64,000 bases of DNA from NCBI GenBank assembly GCA_009103225.1, contig RHPI01001037.1:1216916-1280915 (forward strand), given 5' to 3'. Under the pieces are notes generated by a model. The model was not told the DNA's origin. It saw nothing but the letters and a program-made list of their open reading frames with translations, and made no database searches. Positions within the stretch are counted from its first letter, which is position 1. Every line of letters starts with the position of its first letter. Positions 52,262 through 64,000 of the stretch are shown piece after piece. The DNA is from Chlorokybus atmophyticus. Taxonomy: Eukaryota; Plantae; Mesostigma and Chlorokybus algae. The translations under genes and the position numbers were made by a program.

Positions 52262-53017
52262 GTTTGTACAGGGATGCTCAAACCTGTGGCAAGCAGGGGT
52301 CGACTGCGCAGTCCCTGCCGCAGGGCTGTCTCTCAATGAACTGTTGAGCTGTCACGCAATGCGCTGAATTGCTAGCAGCCACAAGGCGCCATACACCCTG
52401 CCATGTGGCTTTGTTAGGGTGGACTTCTACATAGCTGCAACCATGTGCGCAGGCTCTTCTGCTAGCCCATAGTGACCCGTTCAAGTGGTTTGATGTTAGT
52501 TTGCAATGGATCCGTTTGCTGCCCAGGATCTGAACACCAACTGGCTTTTTTGATCATAGTAACCAGTGGTGGTGCTCTGCAATGGTTTGTGTATTGTGCT
52601 ACTCTAGATATGCGAGGTTAACCTCAAGCCCGCCGCCATTGGCTATGCTTGGATGGTAGTGTTGTTGCTAGTACTTCACCACAGATGTTGCTTGGGTTAC
52701 GTCTGCGATGTCGAGTTTCCTGTACTGCGATGGGTAACTTGCGCGCATATACACTGACCAAGTGTCATTGTTGCTTGAACTGATGATCAAGGGACAAGTA
52801 TGAGTTTCCTGTGCTGCAGTGGGACACTTCGCTCACTTTGCACGTACTGCACATCCCAAATGTTATCGTCGGTTGAATTGATGAAGGAACTATTCAAATA
52901 CAACACATGTTACAGCCATTAATACAACAGTACCCCAACACCATTACTTGGGGGATTAACATCATAACCTGAAGCTGATAAACTTGCCCACATACCCAGC
53001 ACACAGGGTCAGACCTG

Positions 53018-53389
53018 TTCCTTCTTGTATTCATGTGTACAGGGTATGCTGGCAGTAGAGTGCGCAACGGTTGGGATGTATGCTGTACAAGGCCCATGCA
53101 AACCACGAGGCAATTGGCAACCACCAATTCCTTCTTGTATTCATGTGTACAGGATATGTTGGCAGTAGTGTGCGCAACGGTTGCGACGTATGCTTTACAA
53201 AGGCCCATGCAAACCACGAGGCAATTGGCAACCACCAGAACTACACAACAAACAGTGCCAAACTATTGGCCATTACTTGTCAGCAGTGGTTGAACTTGAT
53301 GATTCATTCTTGAAAGCAGAGAATATCTTTTCCTTATGAGGAGTGGTTAAACTTGATGCTTCACTTCTTGAAGGCAGAGAGTATCATTT
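53018..53389. repeat. Two adjacent tandem duplications (110-bp unit x2; about 57-bp unit x2)
   Basis: TTCCTTCTTGTATTCATGTGTACAGG... at 53018 and 53128; AGTGGTTRAACTTGATG... at 53285 and 53342. Confidence 0.85.
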
Positions 53390-53921
53390 ACATAATAATG
53401 CGCTCATGTCAACCTTTCCGTCCCAATAAAAACTACTACTGGCAACTTGATTACTGTTGCGCGAGAATATGCTGCCGCACATGCAATGGCCAGGGCTTGA
53501 AAAACAATTGCATCGCTCTGTGCGTGTGGCACCTCGCCTCTGGCGCACCCCTCATTCGACCTTGGTGTGCACAAACAGCTTGTACACTAGAATTCAGCTC
53601 GGCGGGCTCCTGCGTTTTCCTTGCGTTGTCCCGGCAGCAGGAGGTCTTGCGCTGTTCCTGCTAGCAGTTAGAGCGCAGGTTGCTCTTCTCAGGTTCTTCT
53701 CTGAAGCATGCAGCACCGCCGCGGTTGCTCAGCCATGTGGCCACATTGCACCACGGTGCAATTGTAGACCTCAGAGTGTCTTGTCTGCACACGAGGCGCC
53801 CACATCTTTGGTACAACAAGTTGACAGTGCATGGGAACCGCGGCTGCCACAGCTATTTGCCATGGTGAGTTCAGCCTGGCGCCTGAAGGGGTTGATTGAT
53901 GTGACCTTATTGGTGGTCACA

Positions 53922-55324
53922 CTATGTCCGCAGCAGGGCCTCCAGCTCAGCATCTTCCTCTGGATCATCATATTGCTGCTTGGCTCTCTTGCCCTCTCGT
54001 GATAACCGGCTCAACCGTTTCAGCTTTGCTCTGCAGATTGGTGTCAACAACAACAGGCGCCATGCACTTTCATGAAAGCTGCGGCCGCCTAACGCGCAAG
54101 CACTTACGTTTGTTCGCTCGTTTTGCTTCCGCCCCCAGATGCTGTCTTTGGCCGACTCACTGGCGTACCGGCCTCTAACTTTCCCTCTGTTCCTAACAAA
54201 TTAGTCCCATCGCTGTTCCTGCAGAGATTTGTGCAGCGAGGATGAGCAATCTACCTACCTTCCTTTCCGGCCAACTCTTCAACCTGCCCAACCAAACATC
54301 ATCATCAAAACGTGCTGCAACCCAAACAGTCAACGTTTTCATAACAGGTTTCGACACCTACCGCAGGCGATGTAATCGATGACAGGGAAAACAGCCTGTC
54401 TTCAACCTTGAAGCCCCTGGCCCGCTTCATGCTGCCGGCAAAGTTGTTAAGGACAACCAGCTTCTCGAAGAATGCGAATAGTGTTCCTTGCTAGTGCAAC
54501 GCGCTACACACTTAGCAGCCTTTCAGTGCGGCAAAGGCAAACAGCAAAGCTCGTTTGCTCTCAAAACCAGGGACAGAAAAATGTGCAAGAGGCCATACAA
54601 TGCGGAGTGACATAAACTCAACAGTCCAGGCATGGTGGGTGAGTGCTGTATGCTACACGTGTCTGTAATGCAGCAGTAAGTGGTGACGTGCGCCATGCAT
54701 CAAGCAAATACTTCAGCTGTGGAGCATGCACCCGGGACTCTGAATCCATCGTTTATATACGAGCAACCTCGCAAGGGTGCATGCTTCACGCATTTCCCAT
54801 AAGCATGCCAACTTCTGCATTGTACACTAAGGCTACCAAATGAGAGAGCAGGAACCATGAAGCATTGCAGGATTGTGGCAAACGCTACTGTTTGTGAACA
54901 CTGCAGGCATGCAGTCAGCGCATGCAGATTGTGCATGGCTCACATGAATGCATCATGTGCATAGAAGTGAATGTCATGCGACGCATCGTCCAACATACAT
55001 GCTGGAATGCGCTGCAATAACGCGATCACCTGCTGGCTTTTGACGTTGCGGATAGAAACCCGTCATAGCCTTTGAAGACATTGCCTGTTTGACTGGAGTC
55101 CTGCAGGTAACTGGACTCCATTTCATATATCTGTTCCAAACAGAAACACCTCAGAGGCGCTCACAGCGCTTGCATCAGCCACATGGCAGGTAAACAACCT
55201 GCCGTTCAATCGCCCAGAGCTCATCCTCCAGCTTCTCCTTACGCTGCAATAGCTGCGCAAGAGCCGGGGAGCCCACCACCGGCGCGGCGGCGGATGCCGG
55301 CCGCACCGACGTCCCCCCCATCAT
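53922..55324 (-). CDS. EAF6: Chromatin modification-related protein EAF6/MEAF6 (NuA4 subunit)
   Basis: LAQLLQRKEKLEDELWAIERQ|IYEMESSYLQDSSQTGNVFKGYDGFL..|MKRARGFKVEDRLFSLSSITSP; small downstream exons give a phase-consistent path to TAG at 53922-53924. Confidence 0.88.
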
Positions 55325-55660
55325 GGCCAGGAAGCTAACGCCAACCCCTGCCTGCTCCGCGACGACCCCGCCGCTGATGCTGCCACCACAGTATGCCACG
55401 TCAGCATAGAACGCTAATATTTCGTTGTGCGCAAACCCTAACGGGCACTTGGCGCACAATCTGTGCGTTTTGCCTGTTAGGCTAGGGTTTCTGCTTGGTA
55501 GGGGCGCGGCGGGTAAGGCTGTCATTGGCGCTGTGGTTTGGGGCGTCGGGCGGTGGCTGCGTTGGCGGTGTTGTGGTTACAAGAGGCACGATGAGCAACT
55601 GAAGCCTTCTGCCTCCGGGCTCTTCATCTTTGCAGTGGCGCCAGTCCGCCGCCAGCAGCC
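55325..55660. promoter_or_regulatory. Bidirectional promoter EAF6/DUF1664 with two telo-boxes
   Basis: AAACCCTA at 55433-55440 and TAGGGTTT at 55483-55490, between divergent ATGs 336 bp apart. Confidence 0.5.
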
Positions 55661-57528
55661 ATGGCGCTGCAGATGGCCGCCTCCAGGGGCCTCATCACCA
55701 TCGTCGCCGCAGGTCGGGAATTGGTATTGCGGGTGGCTGCATCTTTCACTACGATCATTTGCATGGTGTGTCCTTCAGCTTGCCTTCGACCTTGCCTAAA
55801 GATGGGACATAATGATCTGCTATTGCCGACGCGTATATTGTCTTCCCTAGCCGTCCTGGTAGATGCCGTTTTAAGTTGTTGCAATCTCTTGAAGTATGAA
55901 CAGTGTGCATATCGCTAAACGAATGTGGTCAGCTGTCAGCCTGAATAACTGTTGCAATGGCTGATGACGACTCAGTGTGGACGTGTGCTTGCGAGTTGTT
56001 TTGCCAGTCCTTTGTGATTCAGAAGGTCCAGCCTGCACTGCTTTAACGATTGAGCATTGGGTTATTAGGCAAGACGAATAAGTCGAACTTAAGCTAGAGT
56101 GGCAGCAGCATAAGTGGTGATAGTACAGATCAGTGGTTGTTCTTGTATGCCAAAGGGAGCTGCTGTGCAGGCATGGGCGGAGCATACATCTTCAACAATG
56201 GTGGCATTATAACCGATCTCTTCTCAGAGATTTCCAAGGCAAGGCACTTGCTCTGTAACTCTGTGCCCCTTGTACATTACTGAGAGTGCTGGTTCAGCTT
56301 GATGGCGTACGTGTCAAGTGCGTGTTCTGTTACATAGGCTGCAGTGCGACATCTAGCCAGATCAAAATATGAGTCAGGAGCCACTCGCAGTGGCGAATCT
56401 ATCGCTACCAAAACTATCGACGCTTTAGCTCAGCAGGTAGATTGCACAAATGAAGGGGCTGCGCCCTGCTAGGAAGTCAAGACATGGTTATACTAACATG
56501 CCGTTGTTCTTTTACGTTACAGGTTGAACGTTTACAGCTTGAGATGCGGAACATGCTCAACACATCACGCAGCATTACGGTGGTGAACGGACAGTCTCGA
56601 GGTGTGTTATCGTGCACATGCTGCACAATTGCATTGAGATGAACTCTTAGATGCAACTAACCACGTTGCACATGCAGGTTTTGCAATTATCAGCGTCCCA
56701 ACTGTGGTTGCACTTGCTGTTGTTGGTTACATGCGCTGGAAGGTATGAGCAGTCCATAAGTTGTTGCATAGGCAAGCCATTCCAACCTTCTAGGTGCTGA
56801 TATCTGAACATGTTGTCAGGGTTACAGCCTTGGCGATGTCATGTACGTCACTCGGACACATTTCAAGGCCGCTCTTGTTAGCGTGAACAGCAGCCTGGAG
56901 GCGCTTACAACGAGACTGAACACAGTTCGGCAGCAACTTGCAGCGCGGCTGGAGCACCTCAGCAAGCGCTTGGACTCTAGTATTGAGATGCAGTGCGAGA
57001 TTAAGGGCGAGGTACAGCTTTAAACACAGCTGGAAATCTCCTGTCTGGTCTTGCCCACGGTGTGCTGGAAGACAGGCCGTTCGAGCCCTTGTTCTCACTT
57101 GATGGTTGTCTTAGGTGTCGGAAACCAAGCAGCGGGTGGAGAACATGGCCAAAGACTTGGGCAATGTGGGCCTGGATATTGAGACAGTTCGGCAGCTGGT
57201 CAAGAGCCTCGAGCATAAGCTTGGTAACGTGGACCTGAAACAAGACTGGGCGAACCAGGGCATATCCTTTCTCTGCCAAGTAGCATCTGACAGGGTCGAA
57301 GGTAGCGCTGCGCTGCAGGCGTTTCCACATCTTCAGCTTGAAGGTTCTGCCCAGCAGTGGGCGCAGGCATCATCCGTAACTACATGCCAGGGCTTGAAGA
57401 GTATTCTGCCAGCACCCGAGCTACCGGGCCGCCACATCCAGCACCCTATGCTGCATTCGCGCTCTATTAGCATGAGTTGGTGTGAGACAGGGCGTCATGT
57501 GAGACAGGGTTTGCTGCGCGCTACGTAG
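55661..57528 (+). CDS. DUF1664-family protein (plant-type, TM plus coiled coil)
   Basis: join(55661..55712,56171..56238,56338..56436,56523..56601,56678..56742,56820..57012,57115..57528): GLITIVAAG|MGGAYI, LAQQ|VERLQLEMRNMLNTSRSITVVNG, VGYMRWK|GYSLGDVMYVTR, KQDWANQGISFLCQ. One GC-AG intron at 56239. Confidence 0.85.
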
Positions 57529-59109
57529 TCTTAGTTTAGACCCTGTTGTTAGTATATGCCAAACTTGGCATTGTAGATAATATTGGTCATCATAATGGTT
57601 ATATGTCTACCTGTACACAGATGCGTCATTCTGTGCGCCCTGTCGCGGCGTACTGTCGGCACACTTGAATTGGCTTAAAGTGTGGTGAGTGCTACGGGGT
57701 GCAGTATGGACGAGTGTGAGCAAGCGGATGTATTTTGCTGTCTGTTGCGCAAGCACAGGCGGCTCGCAGGTGACTCTCAGAGGGTTTAATTGTGTGGAAG
57801 CATGGCTGTAGTTGAAAGAGTCCGCGCTCGGTGTGTTGCAAGCCTAGCTCATGGTGATAGGTTTGCAGGTTTATTAGGGTTGCAGTGTGTGGGTTGCCTG
57901 CACTAGTGCAAGTATGCGGCGATTGCTATGGGCGGTGACTGGGTAGCACACCATGAAGCTAAGGACAGTTCTGAGGCCCTTGCATTCAAGTGTTGATGTC
58001 TGTGTAGATGACAATGTCAGATTTTTCTTCTGTGCGCTACTGCTTGTTCATACATTGTAAATCTTACACAAATGGAACAACTCAGGTGTAACAGCACAAA
58101 TCGAAGGTGAGACATCAGGTATTAAAGAGAGTGCCCTAAAGGTACACGTTGGCTGCATCTTCCAGTTATGTTGATTGCTATTTAGGCATGACCTCCGTCA
58201 AATCGACACAGCAAGCTGCGCCATACAGCAATTGTTTGAAGTAGAGGCACGTCATACACAACAGCTGATACGCCTTCATGCCAGGCATGCAGGACCACGT
58301 GCAGCCCAACAATGTCTTCATACTGCGGCCATACTTTCAAGAAGTGTGCTGCATGATATCACTGTGTTTCACTATTCAGCTGAAGAATTGAAGAACTGAT
58401 GGTGACTTCACCATGGCAAGCTCGTTGTTCCTATTCTCCATGGTGCACATCGTGGCTCCCGTTGCTGGTGCTCTCTGTGCGTGGTTGGCGGTGTGTTTAC
58501 TCTACGTTGTTACCAACATTTGTGATACCATTGCCTTAACCCAGTTGTGATCAACTGCGCATCTTGTAACTTACATGGGTTTTTGTCTGTTGCTGCGGAC
58601 TAGTGGGTTCCTATTCCTCCGCGCACCATGCCAGCATGACATCTTGTTGAGTATGACAGGATCACATGCATGGTATTACAACACTTGAGCACTGTTGTCA
58701 ATGCAGAGACTATGTCGGAATTTAGTGCACACATACAGCAATGACAGTGCATAGCTTGGTATGACGATTTTGCTGTTAGTTTGACTATAACACAGCAATG
58801 GAGGGATGCAGTGGGGCGCTTGGCGCAGGTGCGTGGCTTTCCGCGCCAATGTTTTCGTTAACGTGCATGTCCAAATGACTGCTTCACATAGTTCTTAGGT
58901 ACATGGGGCCATAGCTATCACCACAGCCGCCGCTGCTCTGCTTGACTGCAAAGATAGCAGTCAACAAGCATGTGTTAGGCATTCTGACAGGAGAAATGCA
59001 GCTTGTTAACAACTCCATGGAGCGCATGACAATACTGACCATGTACTGGTGACAGAGGCCTTGTTGCGCCCTGAACCTAATAGGCATCGCCAACATCGAA
59101 GCTGCAACA

Positions 59110-62100
59110 TCAGCCGGCAAGGCTGCCTACACAAGCGCTTTCATCTTGTGAATAGCCATTGTCAACTCCTGTCCCAATTGCAGATCGCCTTGCTTGAGTC
59201 TTGGCGTATCGCTGCAGGCTTTCTTCATAACTAAACTCTGTGGGCCTCGCAAGCAATGGGATGTGTGTGCTCTTGGCCCTGCGCTTGCTCTCGGCCGCAT
59301 CTCCGTATTCCTCATGTTGATCCAAAGCCGAACCCACTTCCGATAAGATACACGCCCCAATCAGCTGCCGAGTCAGCACTGCACGTACATGCGCCAACAG
59401 GGCTGCCCTTCCTGATGCTGACACGCGGAATCGCAACCCGCCAAAAGTACATGCACTCAGAAGCAACGGCTCCGGGCTTGCCATTTGATACTGAGGCTTG
59501 CGTGGTGTTGCACTGGTATCCAGCAACAGGTCCAACACCTGCGCAATGAAACCCATGTTGAGGACTCCGCAACACACAGACACGAATGAACTGTAGAAAC
59601 TCTTGCAAACTGGTGAGTGACTGAAAATACATCTAGCTCTGCGGCGCAGTCAAGTGTGCAATAACTACAAGTCTTACAAGTCTTAAGCTGAATGTTGACA
59701 AGGATGACGACAACGTGCTCAGGTGAACTACTGCAATAGGCTTCAGTGCAAAACCATAATGCGAGCAGGATGTACACCATGTTACCTCAGGGGCTTCATC
59801 TCCCCTTCCAATCATGAACAGTACGGATGTCATGCAGCGAACTTGATGGCGAAGAAATGCGGAGCCTTGGATGACAAAAGCGTGTATGGGGATTGAAGAG
59901 GAGCCCACCAAGTCAATGTCAAAGTGTGTGATTGTCCTCACAAATGACTTCACGCTTGGGATGTCCATTTTGCAAAAGTTGCGAAAGTCGTGCGTGCCAA
60001 CAAGCTTTTGTGCCGCTTTGCACATGGCCTGCAGCAGAAGGGTTACAGTAACAGACTTGCACTGTGTCTGATTGTACAAGGTTGACTTGCAGAGCACAAC
60101 ATGTCATGTCAAACCATGCTTTGGGTGAAAGTCCTCGATGGGGTTAACCTCAATGTTCATGCTGGTGCTGTCAAAGTAGTACTTGTACTCGCGGCCGATG
60201 CAGCTGAAGCGTGCGCTGAATGACGATGGCACAGGACTCCATCCAAGCACCCTGATGTCATCCGGAAGGACTTTATTGAGTATGGTGATGTAGTCAAGCT
60301 CATCTTCAACACCTGCAAAGTGCACCGCAGCGCTGAGTGCTATCATGCCAGTTTCAAGTGCATTCCCCTGTGACATACCCGAAGTCGAGGCCTCAGCCTC
60401 CAAGTTTCTACTTGCATGCGCAGCGTCGATGCGATCAATCGTTGGTTCAGAGTGGTCAGCTTGCAACCAACCGTCACTTGTGTGCTTTGACCGCAACAGC
60501 AACGCAATTACCTGAAACTAGGCAAGTCACACATGCACATAGCTGTGTATGCAAACCAATGCTATGGGGCTGCTGGAATGTCTCACTTACTTGGCCAGCG
60601 GCACTGACACCTCTGTCTGTGCGCCCGCAACGTGTGTACTGGGCGGATGCGCGATCCTTTATCAGCCTTCCTTCCACCAAGGCTTGAAACAACTGCGCCT
60701 CCACAGTGTTGCCTGTAACGCCTTGTGATGCAAAGCCCTGGTACCTGCGTAACACAATAGAAGGTGGGGGTCAAGTGAGTTCCTTGAACCAACAAACTTC
60801 AGTCTAAAGGTTGATGCAACACTCACCCTTCTCCCAAGTACACGAGGTGGAGGGCAACGTGACGCCGCGGGTAGGACGACACGTCAAACTCTGCATTGTT
60901 GCTCTTGCCAATGCGCTGCCCATGGTTTCGTCGTGTTGCAATTTTGTCACGTGCGTGCACATCAGCACTTCCGGCACCATTGGATGGTGTGAGCTGGATA
61001 CCATGGCTTGGACTGCTGTTCAAGGGGTCGCATAACGTGATCAGCTGCGATATTGACGATACGAAATACACCTTTTGTTGACCTGTTGCAGTATACATTA
61101 GCATCACGGCAACACGTGTTATGGCCACTTGACTCGCTCACCACTGAGAGCGGTTGTTCTAGCAATCCAGTGCTGCAACAACACACTGTAAGCAAACTTG
61201 TCAGTGACAGCACAAGTGCTATGAAGGATTTCCGCTTTGGACAGTTTTTGAATGCTTACCTGCAGCTCACCAAACTCGTCATTCAAGTTCAGCAAGTACA
61301 GCGGGTGTTGGGGGCCTGCTATCAACTCATTTGCGCATACAGCTTGTGCCAGCGTGCCTGAATCAAGGTGACTCTTTGGTCATCATTCAGACTGCACCAG
61401 ATCTACCCGTTGATGAACACATGCCTGGACAAGCATCGTCATGGGTGGCATCTTGCGAACATAAAGCGCAACCTACTCAAGTTGCATGGTAGTACTGCTG
61501 TGGCTGCAGCTTCATTGTCACCAGCTTTTGCGAGTTGCGCACCCTGTATGCAGCGCTGAACGATTAGCACACAGGCCTGAACTAAAGTTAAGCAGCATGC
61601 ACATGTTGGCTCGTGATTGTCGCATTCTCATTATTGGATTGGGTGCTCAAAGAAGTCTCAATAATGAATCCACGCACGAATCTCAAACGAGTATTTTGCG
61701 CAGCCAAGAAGTGTTTTGGCACATCGACTTGACTGAAATCCGCGTTCTGTTGACTGCTATACACACCAAGTTGGTCGTGCCATGTAAGCTACATTCGCAG
61801 TTGCACCCGCCACAACACCAGACAAGCGTGGCATGGCTATTTGATGCCTGTAACTAACGTGCAGTCCAGTGTTTATGCGGCACTATGGCCATTCCATATT
61901 AAACCAGCACGGCAGACCGTGCGGTATGCGCATGCGGTAGTAGTGCAAATGAAAGACAGCACATGCATATCAAGCAGCGCAGACGAAAAGGCACCTCTCG
62001 CTCGTCAACTAGGACGGGGTTCCAGCCAGCGCCCGCAGCAGCAGAAAATAGCTCTTGCGTGCAGCTGCTCTCGTCCTGCCAACGCCCATCACAGCTCAGC

Positions 62101-62255
62101 AACAGCCACACCATCTGCGCACAAGCAGCAACCACTCCACGAGCAGCCCGCCGACGTACCTGGCCTCCCCAGACGCGCAGCACAGGCACCCGCTGCTCCT
62201 CCTTTGCCGGCTCCTCCGCCCCGGCCTCCGCCTGCGCCTCGGCCTCCCCGGCCAT
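59110..62255 (-). CDS. PUS3: tRNA pseudouridine(38/39) synthase, TruA family (PUS3/DEG1) with long N-terminal extension
   Basis: FDVSSYPRRHVALHLVYLGEG|YQGFASQ, CGRTDRGVSAAGQ (catalytic Asp), LNKVLPDDIRVLGW, FSARFSCIGREYKYYF, LVGTHDFRNFCKMD, GSAFLRHQVRCM, KPQYQMASPEPL, HIPLLARPTE. The start and 5' exons (61.0-62.3 kb) are uncertain. Confidence 0.88.
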
Positions 62256-63104
62256 CGCCGTCGCCGGATTGACTGCCAGCCTCAGCGGCAACGAAGCTTG
62301 CAACTGAGGCTTACCTGACATACCATTCTGAATGAAGTGGGCTCATGCTGACGGCATCACTAGTGGTGTGCGCAGCAACAGCAAGCACACCAGCAGTGCA
62401 AGAGGGGTATGCTGCTATGCCGGCATGCAAAGTGTGACACCCACAGTAACATGTGCAGCATGTGCGAGCCGAGCAGAGCAAGGACTGTACCACAGCAACA
62501 GTGCATGCAAGTGTATAGCGTCAGGGCATACTGGTGCTCTTACGCACCAATGCACCCGTCACTACAGCAGTATGAAGTAAACACCGCAGCTGCTCGGATC
62601 CATTGCATGCATGAAATTAAGCACGGTGTGGCAACTGAGGCAGCTGCGTGCTGTAACAATGTGGTAGCAACAAGTGTAGTCTGATGGCTACTGGTTATGT
62701 GGGTATTTTTTGGGTGCGACGCTGGTGAAAAGTACCATACAATCATTCAGTTACCACACCAGCGCACGCCATTGTAATGGTGTACAAAAGTCCCAAGCAC
62801 CATTCTAAATACGCAATAGATGCTTCTGTGCGAGCTTGGTAATGGCTGGCACGCAGTTTTTGCGCTACTGCGCAGAGAGTATGCCTCAATGTAGTGCACC
62901 AACTACCGGACACATTTGCAAAACGGCAAGGATGTGCATATGCTGCTAACAGATACGGAGAAAGCTACCGCTGGCAGCTGTATTTCTGAATGAGACTCGC
63001 CACACAAACAGCGCCGATGGTGACCCTCATATGTCTGGTTACACTATATGTACACTACGATAGGGCTTTGCGGTGGCAAGCTGTTTTACTGCTGTCTGTA
63101 ACAT

Positions 63105-63811
63105 TCAAAGAGGGTGTGGTGGCTGCTGAGTCGGAAGCAGGTTGAACCGCCTCTTGCAGGTAATCCGCTGCTTTGAGAACTTGTCATCCGGGGAAAAGCG
63201 AGCTGCAACACTCGCATAACTCAGACAATGCTTGACTGTGCTCACAGCGTGTACTTCTTTGCTGGAAAGCATGGTTGGTCAACACCACTGGTGCACCCCA
63301 GGTACCCTATGTAATGCGACAGCATGCAACGCACGAGACGCGCGTATGGTATGAGACTACAAGGGACGACGGCTTCAAACAAAGCCTGTGATACCCACTG
63401 AGAGACACACGGCGCGTTTTACATAGACAACCACACAGAAAACGGATTTGCACACATAGGAAGCAAATACTGATAATGGTAACGCTACTACTTCCCACAG
63501 CTGCCATCGACATGGACATGTACGTCGAGACAGGGCTGACAACGTACCGGGATGGGCTGACTGTGTGGGGGATCCGTCAGGTGCAAATTTCTGCCATGAC
63601 AATAACGAGCAATCAGTGCCAACAACAACCTTGATGGTTTCCAACCCTTTAATCCACGCAACTACAACGATAGCAAAGCGATTTCAAGCAGTATCTCTCA
63701 GAACACGCAACAAGACCGCCGCCACCATAGCAACATAAAACGCAGGGCTGCACTCACCGACATCGTGTAGACCTTCTCGCCCTTGTTGTCAACGTAGTAC
63801 ATGAGATACAT
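63105..63811 (-). CDS. NOP10: H/ACA snoRNP subunit NOP10, 64 aa
   Basis: complement join(63758..63811,63548..63590,63105..63202): [18 protein letters not shown]|[14 protein letters not shown]|[32 protein letters not shown]. Confidence 0.95.
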
Positions 63812-64000
63812 TTCCCCAAAAATGCAGCGACAACCGAACCAGCAACCACCGCCTGGAGCAACCACCGCCACCGCCACCACCACCGCCGCCGCCGCCGCCG
63901 CCGCCAGGTCAGGCTACCAGCAGTTTGAGTTAACTCACCCTCCGCCGATATCACACTCACCCTTTGATATCAGGCCTTCGCGTTGCGCAGGGAAGAGATC

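Noticed and set aside
59110-63811. Functional pseudouridylation cluster (PUS3 next to NOP10)
   Set aside because: Two tandem housekeeping genes from different pathways (stand-alone versus H/ACA-guided); adjacency is plausibly chance.

Overview
Eukaryotic nuclear DNA from a flagellated green-plant lineage. Plant-type ACR, DUF1664, SYN1-like REC8 and A20/AN1 genes occur together with an axonemal dynein, which suggests an early-diverging streptophyte or other green alga (inference; no species identified). Spliced genes reconstructed by hand: a diverged COA5/PET191 paralogue, METTL18, RTCA with an N-terminal CCHC zinc knuckle, a CatSper4-like single-domain Ca2+ channel head-to-head with a 15.6-kb inner-arm dynein heavy chain, ACR, canonical COA5, REC8, IMP2, an A20/AN1 SAP, EAF6, DUF1664, PUS3 and NOP10. 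The 39-50 kb interval is a decayed transposon island. It includes a 6.2-kb CAC...GTG element inserted in an exon of a coiled-coil pseudogene; removing the element restores that exon. Top leads: (1) a CatSper4-type pore subunit in a green-lineage genome, divergently paired with a flagellar dynein; (2) that dynein appears to combine a DNAH6-type tail with a DNAH3/7-type motor; (3) a zinc-knuckle-RTCA fusion; (4) inverted COA5 duplicates, one using a start codon that is an out-of-frame upstream ATG in the other; (5) the CMC-like element carrying two unknown genes and a hairpin array. Family assignments come from motif recall, not database searches.
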